NCBI GenBank assembly: GCA_964418665.1 | Contig: CAYQLZ010000010.1 | Coordinates: 14,723-78,722, forward strand | Length of the DNA: 64,000 nt | Reading direction: 5' to 3' | Source: an uncultured Dehalococcoidia bacterium | GTDB lineage: Bacteria; Chloroflexota; Dehalococcoidia; Lucifugimonadales; GCA-2712585 | Part shown: piece by piece, positions 27,784 to 37,420 of the stretch | Position numbering within the stretch: position 1 is the first letter of the stretch | How the letters are laid out: the number at the start of each line of letters is the position of its first letter | Program-made: the position numbers and the translations under genes | Notes under the pieces: model-generated | Told to the model about the DNA's origin: nothing | Databases searched by the model: none | Seen by the model: the letters and a program-made list of their open reading frames with translations, nothing else

Positions 27784-28112
27784 TCAGTTCTCCTCAAGGA
27801 CCCAGCGCCAAAGCTGCGCAATCCCCAGTACCCGACTCGCTCACAGTAAATGTTCACCGCATCCGGCCTTTTCTTTCGAAGCAGGCCCACTGCGTCAGGC
27901 TTACCCGGGAAAATCTCTTCACCACCCAAAGCCCAACAACCACTATCGACGTCAATGGCGCAGATTTTCCCCACATAGTCTTTCTCCACCTTGTGACGGA
28001 TGTCCCGCTCGTATATCTCCCTGCCCAGGTCGACCGTCTCATCAAGGCCGCGTGTGGGCACAATAGGGTCAGGCCAAAGATCGTCGCCTGTCTTTTCAAT
28101 TATTTCCCTCAT
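27780..28112 (-). CDS. small protein, DUF5678-like
   Basis: The ATG has AGGAGGG 4 nt upstream. YVGKICAIDVDSGCWALGGE resembles the DUF5678 core. It is coupled to the protease gene downstream. Confidence 0.5.
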   Translation of the reverse strand: MREIIEKTGDDLWPDPIVPTRGLDETVDLGREIYERDIRHKVEKDYVGKICAIDVDSGCWALGGEEIFPGKPDAVGLLRKKRPDAVNIYCERVGYWGLRSFGAGSLRRTD

Positions 28113-28333
28113 CTCGCCCTCCTAACGCTCAAACATCCTCCCATCTCCGTTCATTCTATCACTCCGAAACAAGATGGCCAGTATTCCGAATGTGGATTTC
28201 CAGCTTGTTCCCGTCGCCCTCTCCCCTTCGAATCCCCCTACGCTCACCTTCATTCCTTCCACCCCAACCGAAAACAACAAATTCCCCAAAAATGTAGTAT
28301 ATTATGGCCATAATCCCTCCCACGGAGGCCCAC

Positions 28334-29530
28334 ATGAAGTACAACCTCGTTTCCGGAGACTCCCATGTCGACATGAGCTGGCTCCCCGGCGACCTCTTCA
28401 TCGACAACGCACCCCAGGCCCTCAAGGATCGCATGCCCCACGTAACCGACACCGACGAAGGTGAACGCTGGATTGTCGGTGACCAGGTCCTCGGCGTGGC
28501 CGGCGGCGCAGGCTTCAGCTTCCTCCCCACCCTCAAGAACCGCTTCCGCCGCATGGACCGCATGATTGAAATGGGCTTCCTCGACGGCATGGCCGAAGGC
28601 CGCTACCACCCCACCGACCCCGAGCTTCGCATCAAGGACATGGCCCTCGATGGCGTCGACGCCGAGATCCTCTATGGCATGACCTCTGCCGGCATCCGCA
28701 TCAAGGACCCGGAAATCGTCGAAGCCACATTCCGAGTCTACAACGACTGGGTCGCCGACTTCTGCAACCAGCGCCCCGGCCGGTGGTACGCTCTCGCCTG
28801 CGTTCCCGTCCACGACCCCGTCGTCGCGGGCGAAGAACTCCGCCGCGTCGCCGCCCTGGGCCTCCGCGGCTTCGATCTCTACGTCGGTGGCACCGTAAAG
28901 CCAATCTACGTCCGGGACGGCTACTGGGACCCCCTCTGGGAAGCCGCCGCCGAGACCCAAATGCCCATCTCCTTCCACATCGGTGGAGGCGGCGGCCTGA
29001 AGGTCCAGCCTCCTACGGACGAAGCTGGCTTTGAAGACGCCTATCTCTCCGGCGCCCCCTCCCAGAACCAGCTAGCCTTCCAGGGCACCAGCGCCCCCCT
29101 CGGCCAGCTCGCCGGCTCCGAATGGCTCGTCAGCATCATCATGAGCGGCGCCTGCCAGCGCTTCCCAAACTTCCAATTCGTCCTCGGCGAATGCGGCGCA
29201 GGCTGGGTTCCCTTCGTCATCGAGCGCATGGACATAAAATACACCGACGGCCTCCTCGACCAGAAATTCGACCCGCCCCTCGACCTCAAGCCCAGCGAAT
29301 ACTGGTACCGGCAGGGCGCCACCACCTTCCAGCAGGACCCCTGCGTCGGCCACATGGCCGAATACATCGGCGTAGATAACCTCATCTGGGGGTCCGACTA
29401 CCCCCACCCCGACGGCGTATGGCCCGACTCCAGGGAAGTCATCCAACGGACCATGGGCCAGCTCGACGACGACGTTATACGCAAGATTACCTGCCAGAAT
29501 GCCGTCGACAGATACCGCATGGGCCAGTAG
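28334..29530 (+). CDS. amidohydrolase_2 family protein (ACMSD/LigI-type metal hydrolase/decarboxylase)
   Basis: MKYNLVSGDSHVD N-terminus and WGSDYPHPDGVW near the C-terminus. ATG 28334 has GGAGG upstream. Confidence 0.85.
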   Translation: MKYNLVSGDSHVDMSWLPGDLFIDNAPQALKDRMPHVTDTDEGERWIVGDQVLGVAGGAGFSFLPTLKNRFRRMDRMIEMGFLDGMAEGRYHPTDPELRIKDMALDGVDAEILYGMTSAGIRIKDPEIVEATFRVYNDWVADFCNQRPGRWYALACVPVHDPVVAGEELRRVAALGLRGFDLYVGGTVKPIYVRDGYWDPLWEAAAETQMPISFHIGGGGGLKVQPPTDEAGFEDAYLSGAPSQNQLAFQGTSAPLGQLAGSEWLVSIIMSGACQRFPNFQFVLGECGAGWVPFVIERMDIKYTDGLLDQKFDPPLDLKPSEYWYRQGATTFQQDPCVGHMAEYIGVDNLIWGSDYPHPDGVWPDSREVIQRTMGQLDDDVIRKITCQNAVDRYRMGQ

Positions 29531-29570
29531 CCCGCCATTACCAACAGGAACTAAATCTAGGAGGTCAGCC

Positions 29571-30716
29571 ATGTATAACGGATACAAAGTCATCGACGGA
29601 GACGGCCATATGTATGAGCCCGTCGACATGTGGGACAGGTACGTGGAACCCGAATTTCACGCCGACCGGCCCATCATCGACCGGGTCTGGGAACGGGCAT
29701 TGCTAACCTACAAGGCCACCGAACACATCCCCGGCGACCAGTTCGCCGGCGCCCTCCGCGCCAAGACCCTCACCCAGGACATCCCCATCCGCTTCACCCA
29801 CGGCTACAACAACTGGTGGAGCGTCGAAAGCCGCATAGAAGACATGGACCGCGTGGGCTGGGACCTGCAGGTGTGCCTGGCCACAAACGCCCAGATTGCC
29901 ATGACAGTCTCCTTTAAGAACGCCCCCCTCGGCGCAGCCCTCTCGCGCGCCTACAACAACTGGGCCCACGATTTCTGCGCCACCAACCCCGACAGGCTGA
30001 AGTTCGTGTCCATCGTCCCTGGCGGCAACATCGACGAATTCGTAAAGGAAGCCCGCCGCTCCGTTGGCGAACTCGGCGCTGTTTCCCTCCAGATGCCCCG
30101 CCCCGTTCCCAACACCTGGTGGCACCTTCCCGAGTACGACCCCCTCTGGGAAGCCTGTGAAGAGCTGGACTTCCCCCTCTCCCTCCACGGCGGCGGCCCC
30201 GGCGGCCCCAGTTCCTCCGACCGCTACAACGAGCTCGATGGCGCCTTCCGCGCCCTCACCCAGGCCATCGGATTCCCCTTCGAGAATATGATCTCCATCG
30301 GCCACTTCATGTACGGCGGCATCCTGGACCGCTTCCCCAAGATGCGCATCTCCATCCTGGAGGGCAACGCCGGCTGGGTCCCCTTCTGGCTCAATCGCCT
30401 CGAAAAGTGCTGCGAGGGACGCCAGTCCGTCTTCTTCGACGAGAAGCCCCTCCAGGCCACTCCCCAGGAGTACTTCGCCCGCCAATGCTTCGTGGCCGCC
30501 GACGCCGACGAACCCTCCATAGGCTTCGTCATCAACTACATCGGCGACGAAAACATCATCTTCAACACCGACTATCCCCACCCCGACGCTCCCGCGCCGG
30601 AAGAACCCGTCCCCAACATGCTGGATCAGCCAATCTCCGAAGAGTCGAAGCGCAAGATACTCTGGGACAACTCGGTCAGCCTATACGGCCCCCGCCTCCT
30701 CAGCGGCAGAAACTAG
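29571..30716 (+). CDS. amidohydrolase_2 family protein, paralogue 2
   Basis: MYNGYKVIDGDGHMYEP and FNTDYPHPDAP. AGGAGG lies 7 nt before ATG 29571. Confidence 0.85.
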   Translation: MYNGYKVIDGDGHMYEPVDMWDRYVEPEFHADRPIIDRVWERALLTYKATEHIPGDQFAGALRAKTLTQDIPIRFTHGYNNWWSVESRIEDMDRVGWDLQVCLATNAQIAMTVSFKNAPLGAALSRAYNNWAHDFCATNPDRLKFVSIVPGGNIDEFVKEARRSVGELGAVSLQMPRPVPNTWWHLPEYDPLWEACEELDFPLSLHGGGPGGPSSSDRYNELDGAFRALTQAIGFPFENMISIGHFMYGGILDRFPKMRISILEGNAGWVPFWLNRLEKCCEGRQSVFFDEKPLQATPQEYFARQCFVAADADEPSIGFVINYIGDENIIFNTDYPHPDAPAPEEPVPNMLDQPISEESKRKILWDNSVSLYGPRLLSGRN

Positions 30717-30733
30717 CAATGCCCAACCCTCTC

Positions 30734-30780
30734 CTCCCTTCCCCCTTGATGGGGGAAGGTTAGAATGGGGGTGGTCCCCA
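30734..30780. repeat. hairpin repeat, copy C
   Basis: CTCCCTTCCCCC-TTGAT-GGGGGAAGG-TTAGAATGGGGGTGGTCCCC, 18 nt after the stop at 30716. Confidence 0.65.
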
Positions 30781-30821
30781 ACTAAAATTAAACACCTCGC
30801 AGCAAGAAAAAGGAGTAATCC

Positions 30822-31964
30822 ATGAAGAACGGACTCAAGGTCATCGATGGCGACGGCCATCTCCAGGAACCCATGGACATGTGGGAGAACTACATGCCCC
30901 AGGCCTACGCCCACCGTGCCCCCAACATCATCGGCCACACCGGAAAGATCATCCACACCTACGGCCCCTGCGAAATCTACCCTGAAGGCAAGGTCATCGC
31001 CTCCAACGACGAGACCTTCCGCCACATGGAGGACCGCTACGGGGATGCCTATAGGTCCTGGTGGGCCATGCCGGACCGGCTGAGGGACATGGACCAGGAG
31101 GGCATCGACGTTGCCATCGCCTTCCCCACCAACTGCCAGCTCCTCGGCTCCAACGTCTGGGCGAAAGACCCCGAACTTCACGCCGCCCTCGTCACCGCCT
31201 ACAACAACTGGGCCATCGACTACTGCAGCGATTCCGGCGGGCGCGTCCTGGCCATCGGCCACGCCACCTCCCGCGACGTGGAAGCCGGCGTGGCCGAGAT
31301 TCACCGTATGGCCGAATCTCCCAACATCGCCGGCATATTTCACCCCTCCATGGAGATCGACAACTCATGGGGCGACGAGGACTACGAACCCTTCTGGCAG
31401 GCCCTGGAGGAAACCGGCATCCCCGTCTGCTGGCACGGCAGCGCCTCCCACCCCCTAGCCCAGGCCTTCGATCCCATCCGGAAGAAGTACGGCGCCCTCA
31501 ACCACGCCCTCATGCACCCCGTCGGCGCCATGCTCGCCCTCGGTGGCATGATCTACGGCGGCGTACTCGACCGGCACCCCAACCTCAAGGCCGCTTTCTA
31601 CGAGTCCAACGCCGGTTGGCTCCCCTTCTGGCTCGCCCGCCTCGACGACCATACCGAAGGACGCCAGGGCGTCTTCCTCCGTGAGCACGCCGAATCCAAC
31701 GGCGGCGTCGGCCTGATGCCCTCTGAATACTTCAAGCGCCAGTGCTTCATAGCCTGCGACGCCGACGAGGGCGCCCTCAAGCAGGTCGTGGAGTACATGG
31801 ACGGGGAAAACATCATCTTCAACACCGACTATCCCCACCCGGACGCCCCCTTCCCCGGCGCCGTCGACGCATTCCTCGACCAGCCCATCTCCAGGGAGCA
31901 CATGCAGAAGATCCTCTGGGACAACTCCGTACGCCTCTACGGCGACAAGGTCCCCCAGCTGTAA
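30822..31964 (+). CDS. amidohydrolase_2 family protein, paralogue 3
   Basis: MKNGLKVIDGDGHLQEP and FNTDYPHPDAP. AAAAGGAG RBS. Confidence 0.85.
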   Translation: MKNGLKVIDGDGHLQEPMDMWENYMPQAYAHRAPNIIGHTGKIIHTYGPCEIYPEGKVIASNDETFRHMEDRYGDAYRSWWAMPDRLRDMDQEGIDVAIAFPTNCQLLGSNVWAKDPELHAALVTAYNNWAIDYCSDSGGRVLAIGHATSRDVEAGVAEIHRMAESPNIAGIFHPSMEIDNSWGDEDYEPFWQALEETGIPVCWHGSASHPLAQAFDPIRKKYGALNHALMHPVGAMLALGGMIYGGVLDRHPNLKAAFYESNAGWLPFWLARLDDHTEGRQGVFLREHAESNGGVGLMPSEYFKRQCFIACDADEGALKQVVEYMDGENIIFNTDYPHPDAPFPGAVDAFLDQPISREHMQKILWDNSVRLYGDKVPQL

Positions 31965-31985
31965 GCGCAGCCCCCATACGAAGCA

Positions 31986-32017
31986 AAAGAAGGGCGGTCG
32001 TCGGACCGCCCTTCTTT
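31986..32017. terminator. bidirectional intrinsic terminator
   Basis: Perfect 14-bp stem AAAGAAGGGCGGTC / GACCGCCCTTCTTT with a GTCG loop. A-run and T-run arms allow termination in both directions, and it sits between convergent genes. Confidence 0.75.
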
Positions 32018-32068
32018 AATGTTGAAACCCTCCGAATGCCACTTCAACAGCGGAGTCTGGCGTATTCC

Positions 32069-32431
32069 CTACGACTCCAGCATAGCCTCCAACTTCTCCA
32101 CAAACCGCTCGACCTTGTCTATGTATAGAGCAACCTTGTCTGCATCGTAGGTGTTCTCATAGAAATTGGAATGGAGCCCATTGGCGACAACAAAGAGAGT
32201 ATGCAATTCCGGGTCCTTGGCTTCGTTCGAAAGCTCCCTGGCCGCAATCCACAGGAACCGGTGCTGGTCGTGATCCCATCCTCGCAGCGTGGCGGCAGCC
32301 TTCACTATCTGCGCCGCAGCCCCCCACGCCTTCTCCGACGCCTGCTGCAGATCTCCGGCTTCAAATTCCACTCGTGCATGCGCCATTAGACGCCGGCTCG
32401 CCTCACGGTATGTCATATCCAAAGTAGTCAT
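32069..32431 (-). CDS. PaREP1-like helical protein
   Basis: AGDLQQASEKAWGAAAQIVKAAA ... LHSNFYEN resembles the archaeal PaREP1/PaREP8 family (PF05942, from memory). The start is uncertain: ATG 32431 or TTG 32440. Confidence 0.55.
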   Translation of the reverse strand: MTTLDMTYREASRRLMAHARVEFEAGDLQQASEKAWGAAAQIVKAAATLRGWDHDQHRFLWIAARELSNEAKDPELHTLFVVANGLHSNFYENTYDADKVALYIDKVERFVEKLEAMLES

Positions 32432-32503
32432 GATGGCCAAACCTCTTCAGACACTATAGCACATTTGAAACACGACTACCGCAGCCTATCTTGCCGAAAA
32501 GCA

Positions 32504-32538
32504 AAGGGGCCTCGTCCGGCTTACGGACGAAGCCCCTT
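32504..32538 (-). terminator. intrinsic terminator of the SBP gene
   Basis: 15-bp stem with one mismatch (AAGGGGCCTCGTCCG / CGGACGAAGCCCCTT). On the minus strand it is followed by TGCTTTTCGG, 21 nt after the stop at 32559. Confidence 0.65.
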
Positions 32539-32558
32539 CAGTTTCTCGAATCAACCGT

Positions 32559-34382
32559 CTAGCGGTACACGGGCACCGTGAACTCGTGATGCCTGCTCGG
32601 CCCGAAGTGGATCTGGTCCGACGTGTAGTCCGCGACCACTCCGGGATCAATTGCCACCTCGGCCCTCACCCAGAATAGCGGGATGGCCCAGTAGTAGTCG
32701 TAGAACCAGTCGCCGATGGCCTGGGTCGCCAGCTTGCGAGCGTCCGGGTCTACAATCATCTCCCACTCGTCCGTCAGCGCTCTCAGCTCCTCGTCCGCGG
32801 GCGCATTGATGAGTCCGTAAGGCTCGCCCTGAATGGCCCGAATCCACTGGAAGTCCGGCACCGCTGAGCCGCGGAACAGCAGAATCTTGTTCCTGGCATC
32901 TTTGTTGCGATAAGTGGCTGCCAGATTTCCGAAGTTCGTCTCCTGTAGGTGCGGACGCAGTCCAATTTCCCGGAAATAGGTGGCCATTGCCTCCCCAATC
33001 TCGGGGGCCTCCGGGATACCGGGCATCTTTGCCACTATGAATTCGAAGTCAAACCCGTCCGGGTAGCCGGCCTGCTCAAGCAGGATTCTGGCCCCGTCGG
33101 GGTCGTAGGGATATTCGGGCCACTTGAAGATGTCCTGGAAGGGCTTGATGCCCGGGACCGGCATAGGCAGCGACTTGCCTTCGTAGAAGACCTGGTTGAT
33201 CGTGGTCCGGTCTATTGCCTGGTTCAAGGCCTGGCGCACCAGAATGTTGGTCATGGGCTCGCTCAGGTCCCGCTCATCTTCATAGTAAAGTCCGCCAATG
33301 ATCGCCGTCAGTGCAAAGCTCGGGTTGGTGCTCGGGATCCTGGAGTAGCCCCGCTCAACCACCGTCGGCATCAAGGATTGTTGTACTGCGGCTATGTGCG
33401 CCTCGCCGGTCAGCAGCATCGCCATCCTGGTAGCGTCCTCAAGGACGTAGAAGATCTGCAATTCGGGGAACTCCGGCGTCTGCCTCCAGTGATTCTCTAC
33501 ACGCTCGTAAAGAATGTACTGGTTGGTCCTGAAGTCCACGAAGGTGAACGGCCCGGTGCCGATGGGATTCGCCTGGTATCCGTCATCTCCTACGGCGTCG
33601 TAGTGATCGCGACTGCTGATAAAGAAGATGTTCTGGCCGCTCAACTGGTAGTCGGTGGTTACGTCCACCTTGTTCTGGTTAAAGGTAATATCGTAGTCAC
33701 CAACGATATCAAAATCGTCCACCGTCATCTCTTTGCAGCAGGGAGAAGGCCATTCGTACTCGTCAGCCTGGTTCTTTTCGAAGGTGAACACCACGTCGTC
33801 CGCCGTCATGTTGTAAGCCGTTGCCTGCCTGTTCTGATAGAAGGGAACGCCCTCCCTCAGCTTGAAGCTCCAGGCCATGCCGTCTGGCGCCATGGACCAC
33901 TCTTCCGCCAGCATCGGATAGAATTCCTGGGTTCTCCGATCGCTGCCCAGAAGCGTCTCATACATGGGCGTCAACGGACCTCCGGAACTCTGGAAGCCCT
34001 TCCAGAAAACCGTCATCTGCTGGGCCGGCGGCGTCATGCTCACCTTCAGCCGGGATACCACCGGCTCCGTCGGGCCAACCTGCGTGGGAGGCATGGTCCG
34101 CGTCGGTCCCGGCGTAAACGGGATCCTGGTGATGGGTTCCGGCGTCGCCGTTGGCGTGCTCGGAGCCACCACCGTAGCTACCGCGGTTGGCCGGGGGGCC
34201 ATTGTAGCCACGGGCGTCGGTACTGCCGTGGCCGCCGGCGTCGGCGCAGGGGCGGCGGTGGGCGGCGGTGCAACAGGTGCAGGCGTGGGAGTTGCGGCCA
34301 CCTCCACGGGTTCGTCCCCGCCAGAACATATCGAACCTATGATGACAATTAACGCAACTATGCCAACCAGAATATGTAACAT
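32559..34382 (-). CDS. ABC transporter substrate-binding protein, family 5, membrane-tethered
   Basis: SBP_bac_5-like body. ATG 34382 follows AGGAGGG (MLHILVGIVALIVIIGSICSGG), then a ~90-aa Pro/Ala/Thr linker. Longer starts at 34436 and 34463 are possible. Confidence 0.85.
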   Translation of the reverse strand: MLHILVGIVALIVIIGSICSGGDEPVEVAATPTPAPVAPPPTAAPAPTPAATAVPTPVATMAPRPTAVATVVAPSTPTATPEPITRIPFTPGPTRTMPPTQVGPTEPVVSRLKVSMTPPAQQMTVFWKGFQSSGGPLTPMYETLLGSDRRTQEFYPMLAEEWSMAPDGMAWSFKLREGVPFYQNRQATAYNMTADDVVFTFEKNQADEYEWPSPCCKEMTVDDFDIVGDYDITFNQNKVDVTTDYQLSGQNIFFISSRDHYDAVGDDGYQANPIGTGPFTFVDFRTNQYILYERVENHWRQTPEFPELQIFYVLEDATRMAMLLTGEAHIAAVQQSLMPTVVERGYSRIPSTNPSFALTAIIGGLYYEDERDLSEPMTNILVRQALNQAIDRTTINQVFYEGKSLPMPVPGIKPFQDIFKWPEYPYDPDGARILLEQAGYPDGFDFEFIVAKMPGIPEAPEIGEAMATYFREIGLRPHLQETNFGNLAATYRNKDARNKILLFRGSAVPDFQWIRAIQGEPYGLINAPADEELRALTDEWEMIVDPDARKLATQAIGDWFYDYYWAIPLFWVRAEVAIDPGVVADYTSDQIHFGPSRHHEFTVPVYR

Positions 34383-34509
34383 GACCCTCCTAGACCTGCC
34401 CTTTCGTCTACGTTCAACATAGCCCTTGTCCCGCATCGCTTGCTCGCTGCGGGGCTTCCGCAACAGGGCATATCCTGCCCCGTCACGACCTGATCTTGGG
34501 CCTATTTCG

Positions 34510-34539
34510 ATTCTAGGTTTGGCCGTTTCAGACTGTCAA
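34510..34539 (-). promoter_or_regulatory. candidate sigma70-type promoter for the SBP gene
   Basis: The minus strand reads TTGACA (34539-34534), 18-nt spacer, TAGAAT (34515-34510). It lies about 120 nt upstream of ATG 34382. Confidence 0.45.
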
Positions 34540-34740
34540 TAAGTTATGTAACGTGGTTAACGCAAACAAACTACTCCGACAGGCCTTCAAATCGCAATTG
34601 GACCCGCCGAAATCACCTCGCCATGCCATCCGCGCGTCTAGGTGACCATCGGCCCCGGAGACCCGGCTACGTGTCCCATGCCGTGCAAGACGAAAAACCA
34701 TCTCGGCGAACCGCCCTGGCAAACCCGCAGAAACGGAAAA

Positions 34741-35499
34741 TCAACCCCGGCCCGTGTACGGCATCTTCGTCGCCATTATCGTCATGAAGAGTATGTTCGC
34801 GTCCAAAGGCAGGTTCGCCATGTGCACCACCGCCTCCGCCACGTGCTCCGTGTCCATCACCGGCTCCACCCGCACTGACCCGTCCGCCTGCTCAATCCCC
34901 TCCCTCATTCGCGACGCCATCCGGGTGGCGGCGTTCCCCACGTCAATCTGTCCGCAGGCGATGTTGTACTTCCTCCCGTCCAAAGCCGTCGACTTCGTCA
35001 GCCCCGTCATCGCGTGCTTTGTGGCCGTATACGGCGCCGAATTTGGACGGGGCGTCTGCGCCGAAATCGACCCGTTGTTGATGATCCGTCCACCCATCGG
35101 CTCCTGCGACTTCATGATCCGCATCGCCGCCCTGGTACACAGGAAGGCCCCATTCAGGTTTACGTCCACCACCTGCTTCCACTGCTGAAAGCTGAGTTCC
35201 TCCACCGACAGCGGCGGCGCGCCCATTCCCGCGTTGTTGAACAGCACGTCCACCCGCCCGAACCGCTCCAGCACCTGGGCGAACAGTGCATCCACGTCAT
35301 CAGGATTGCCAACGTCGGCCCGCACCGCCAGGGCCCTCGACGACGGCATGCCGGATTCCTCCACAACCGACTTGAGAATCTCAACTCGCCGGCCGCAAAT
35401 CGCCACCGCATACCCCGCCCGCCACAGCGCAAGCGCGCTCATTCTGCCAATTCCCGTCCCTCCCCCGGTAACTACTGCAACCTTCCCTTGCTCATTCAT
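34741..35499 (-). CDS. SDR family oxidoreductase
   Basis: [16 protein letters not shown] and YTATKHA (YxxxK) motifs. Start at ATG 35499. Confidence 0.85.
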   Translation of the reverse strand: MNEQGKVAVVTGGGTGIGRMSALALWRAGYAVAICGRRVEILKSVVEESGMPSSRALAVRADVGNPDDVDALFAQVLERFGRVDVLFNNAGMGAPPLSVEELSFQQWKQVVDVNLNGAFLCTRAAMRIMKSQEPMGGRIINNGSISAQTPRPNSAPYTATKHAMTGLTKSTALDGRKYNIACGQIDVGNAATRMASRMREGIEQADGSVRVEPVMDTEHVAEAVVHMANLPLDANILFMTIMATKMPYTGRG

Positions 35500-35547
35500 C
35501 GGCTCACTCGTCTCCTTCAAAATCCGCAATTTTCCCGTTACGCCAGT

Positions 35548-36942
35548 TCACCCCGAAATTTCCGGCCACGCCGAAAGCCGCCCCACGTCCCCCTCCATGC
35601 CCGCGTCCTTTATCATCCCCGCCTGCGCCTCCCGTACCCTCGCCACCACCTCCGCTTCGTCAACAACCACCGCCCGTCCCTCCCTCAAGACCGCCCTGCC
35701 GCCAACCAGCACCGTGTCCGCCATGTTGTTCACCCCGGAAAACACCAGGTTGCTCACCAGCCTTGCTCCCGGCAGCAGGTGGGGCTGGTCGAGGCGGAAT
35801 ATTGCCACGTCCGCTTCTTTCCCCGGCTCCAGCGAACCCACCCGGCCCCCCATGTCCAGCACCGCCGCCGCCTTCACCGTCGCCATCTCCAGCGCTTCCT
35901 CCGCCGTTCCCAGGTATCTATCCGAGAACCTGACCCGCTGCATGTAGATTGCCATCTTCATCGCTTCCCACGGGTTCTGCCCGTTGTTCGTCGCCGAACC
36001 GCCCGTGCCCACTGCTACCTGCGCCCCCAGCTTGCCCATCTCCCAGATGGGCGGCACCCTGTTGCCACCCCTCATAACCGTTAGAGGACAGTGCGACACG
36101 TTCACCTGGTACTTCCCGAAAAGCTCCACCTCCTCGTCCAGCAGGCCGCTGCAATGAATCGCAAGCATCTCCGGCCCCAACACCCCCAACTTCTCGGCGT
36201 ACTGCACACTGCCCATTCCCACCTTGGCCATGGCCTCCGCCAGCTCGTCGCTCGTCTGCGCCAGATGTATGTGCCACATCTTCCCCCGCTTCAACGCCCA
36301 CTCCCGCATCGCCCGCACCGTGTCCGGCTTGCACCGGATAATCGTCGTTGGTTCCGAAGTTATCACTATCCGCTCTGAATCGAAGGCCGCCTCCAGCCGG
36401 TCCAGGTCCTCCAGCACGTCCTCCGTCCGCTCTATGAAATCCGGCGGCGTGAACTCCTCGTCGTCGCTGATGCCCCTTGACACCACACCCCTCATCCCGG
36501 ACTCCAGGATCGCCTCGCAGATCCCGTCCGTGGAGTCCTGGTGATAGTGGGTCCAGTGGTTCTCCTGCGTGGTCGTCACCCCATACTTCAATAGCTCCAA
36601 TAGGCTGGAGGCCGCGGCGGCCTTCGCCCGTTCCCTTGTCAGTCCCCGCGCCAGGTTGAGCAGGCTATCTCGCGACTCCCGCTTGTGGTCCAGCAAACTC
36701 CGGTACACCGACTGGTCCAGGTGGTCGTGGGCATTCACAATCCCCGGCATCACCGCCATGTCGCTGGCGTCTATCCGCTCCCTCCCCCGGTAAGAACCCT
36801 CCCTGGAAGGACCGACCCCCACAATCTTCCCCCCGTCCACCGCCACGTACCCGGGGTTGAAGACCCGACGCTCAGTGTCCATAGATATAACAATGCCGCC
36901 ATCTATTACGAGATCAACCTGTCCTCCATTGCCATCAACCAT
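35548..36942 (-). CDS. amidohydrolase (chlorohydrolase/aminohydrolase, TrzA/SsnA-like)
   Basis: AGGAGG RBS. MPGIVNAHDHL metal-binding motif, 464 aa. Confidence 0.8.
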   Translation of the reverse strand: MVDGNGGQVDLVIDGGIVISMDTERRVFNPGYVAVDGGKIVGVGPSREGSYRGRERIDASDMAVMPGIVNAHDHLDQSVYRSLLDHKRESRDSLLNLARGLTRERAKAAAASSLLELLKYGVTTTQENHWTHYHQDSTDGICEAILESGMRGVVSRGISDDEEFTPPDFIERTEDVLEDLDRLEAAFDSERIVITSEPTTIIRCKPDTVRAMREWALKRGKMWHIHLAQTSDELAEAMAKVGMGSVQYAEKLGVLGPEMLAIHCSGLLDEEVELFGKYQVNVSHCPLTVMRGGNRVPPIWEMGKLGAQVAVGTGGSATNNGQNPWEAMKMAIYMQRVRFSDRYLGTAEEALEMATVKAAAVLDMGGRVGSLEPGKEADVAIFRLDQPHLLPGARLVSNLVFSGVNNMADTVLVGGRAVLREGRAVVVDEAEVVARVREAQAGMIKDAGMEGDVGRLSAWPEISG

Positions 36943-37420
36943 CCGGATCCTCCTGCGCTTTGCACTTCAGACTCACGGCGAACCTTAACACCCAGCACCA
37001 GGAGCGGCAACCGGTCCGCCATCAACCCTCCCACCGGAGAATGTGCAGCTCCCGGCCGGCCCCATTTGTGACATCTGCCCATTGTCGTGACCGGACCTCC
37101 TCAACTATCATTGCCCCATGAAACCTCTCAACAGGCCACAACAGATATCCCGTATCAGTATGTACGGCTGTTTCCGCCGATTTTTTGACGAAACGAATCC
37201 TCACGCCTGAACTCAATGCTCTCAGGCACAAACTGATACCTGTTCGATTCTCAAATCGAATCCCTTCCACGCCTGGCAAAACCTAAACGAATAGATTCGA
37301 TCTGCAGACTTCCTCTCACAAACCGGATCGGCCACTCCGACTGCGCCCCCATCCCCCAACAAGTTTCCCATCCCTACACCAAGTTGATATCATTGCCTCA
37401 CCAACCAGGAGGTAGCCCCC

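Noticed and set aside
32949-34352. 467-aa plus-strand ORF
   Set aside because: It is antisense to the family-5 SBP gene. The C-terminus is a run of Arg/Gly generated by the complement of the Pro/Ala/Thr linker.
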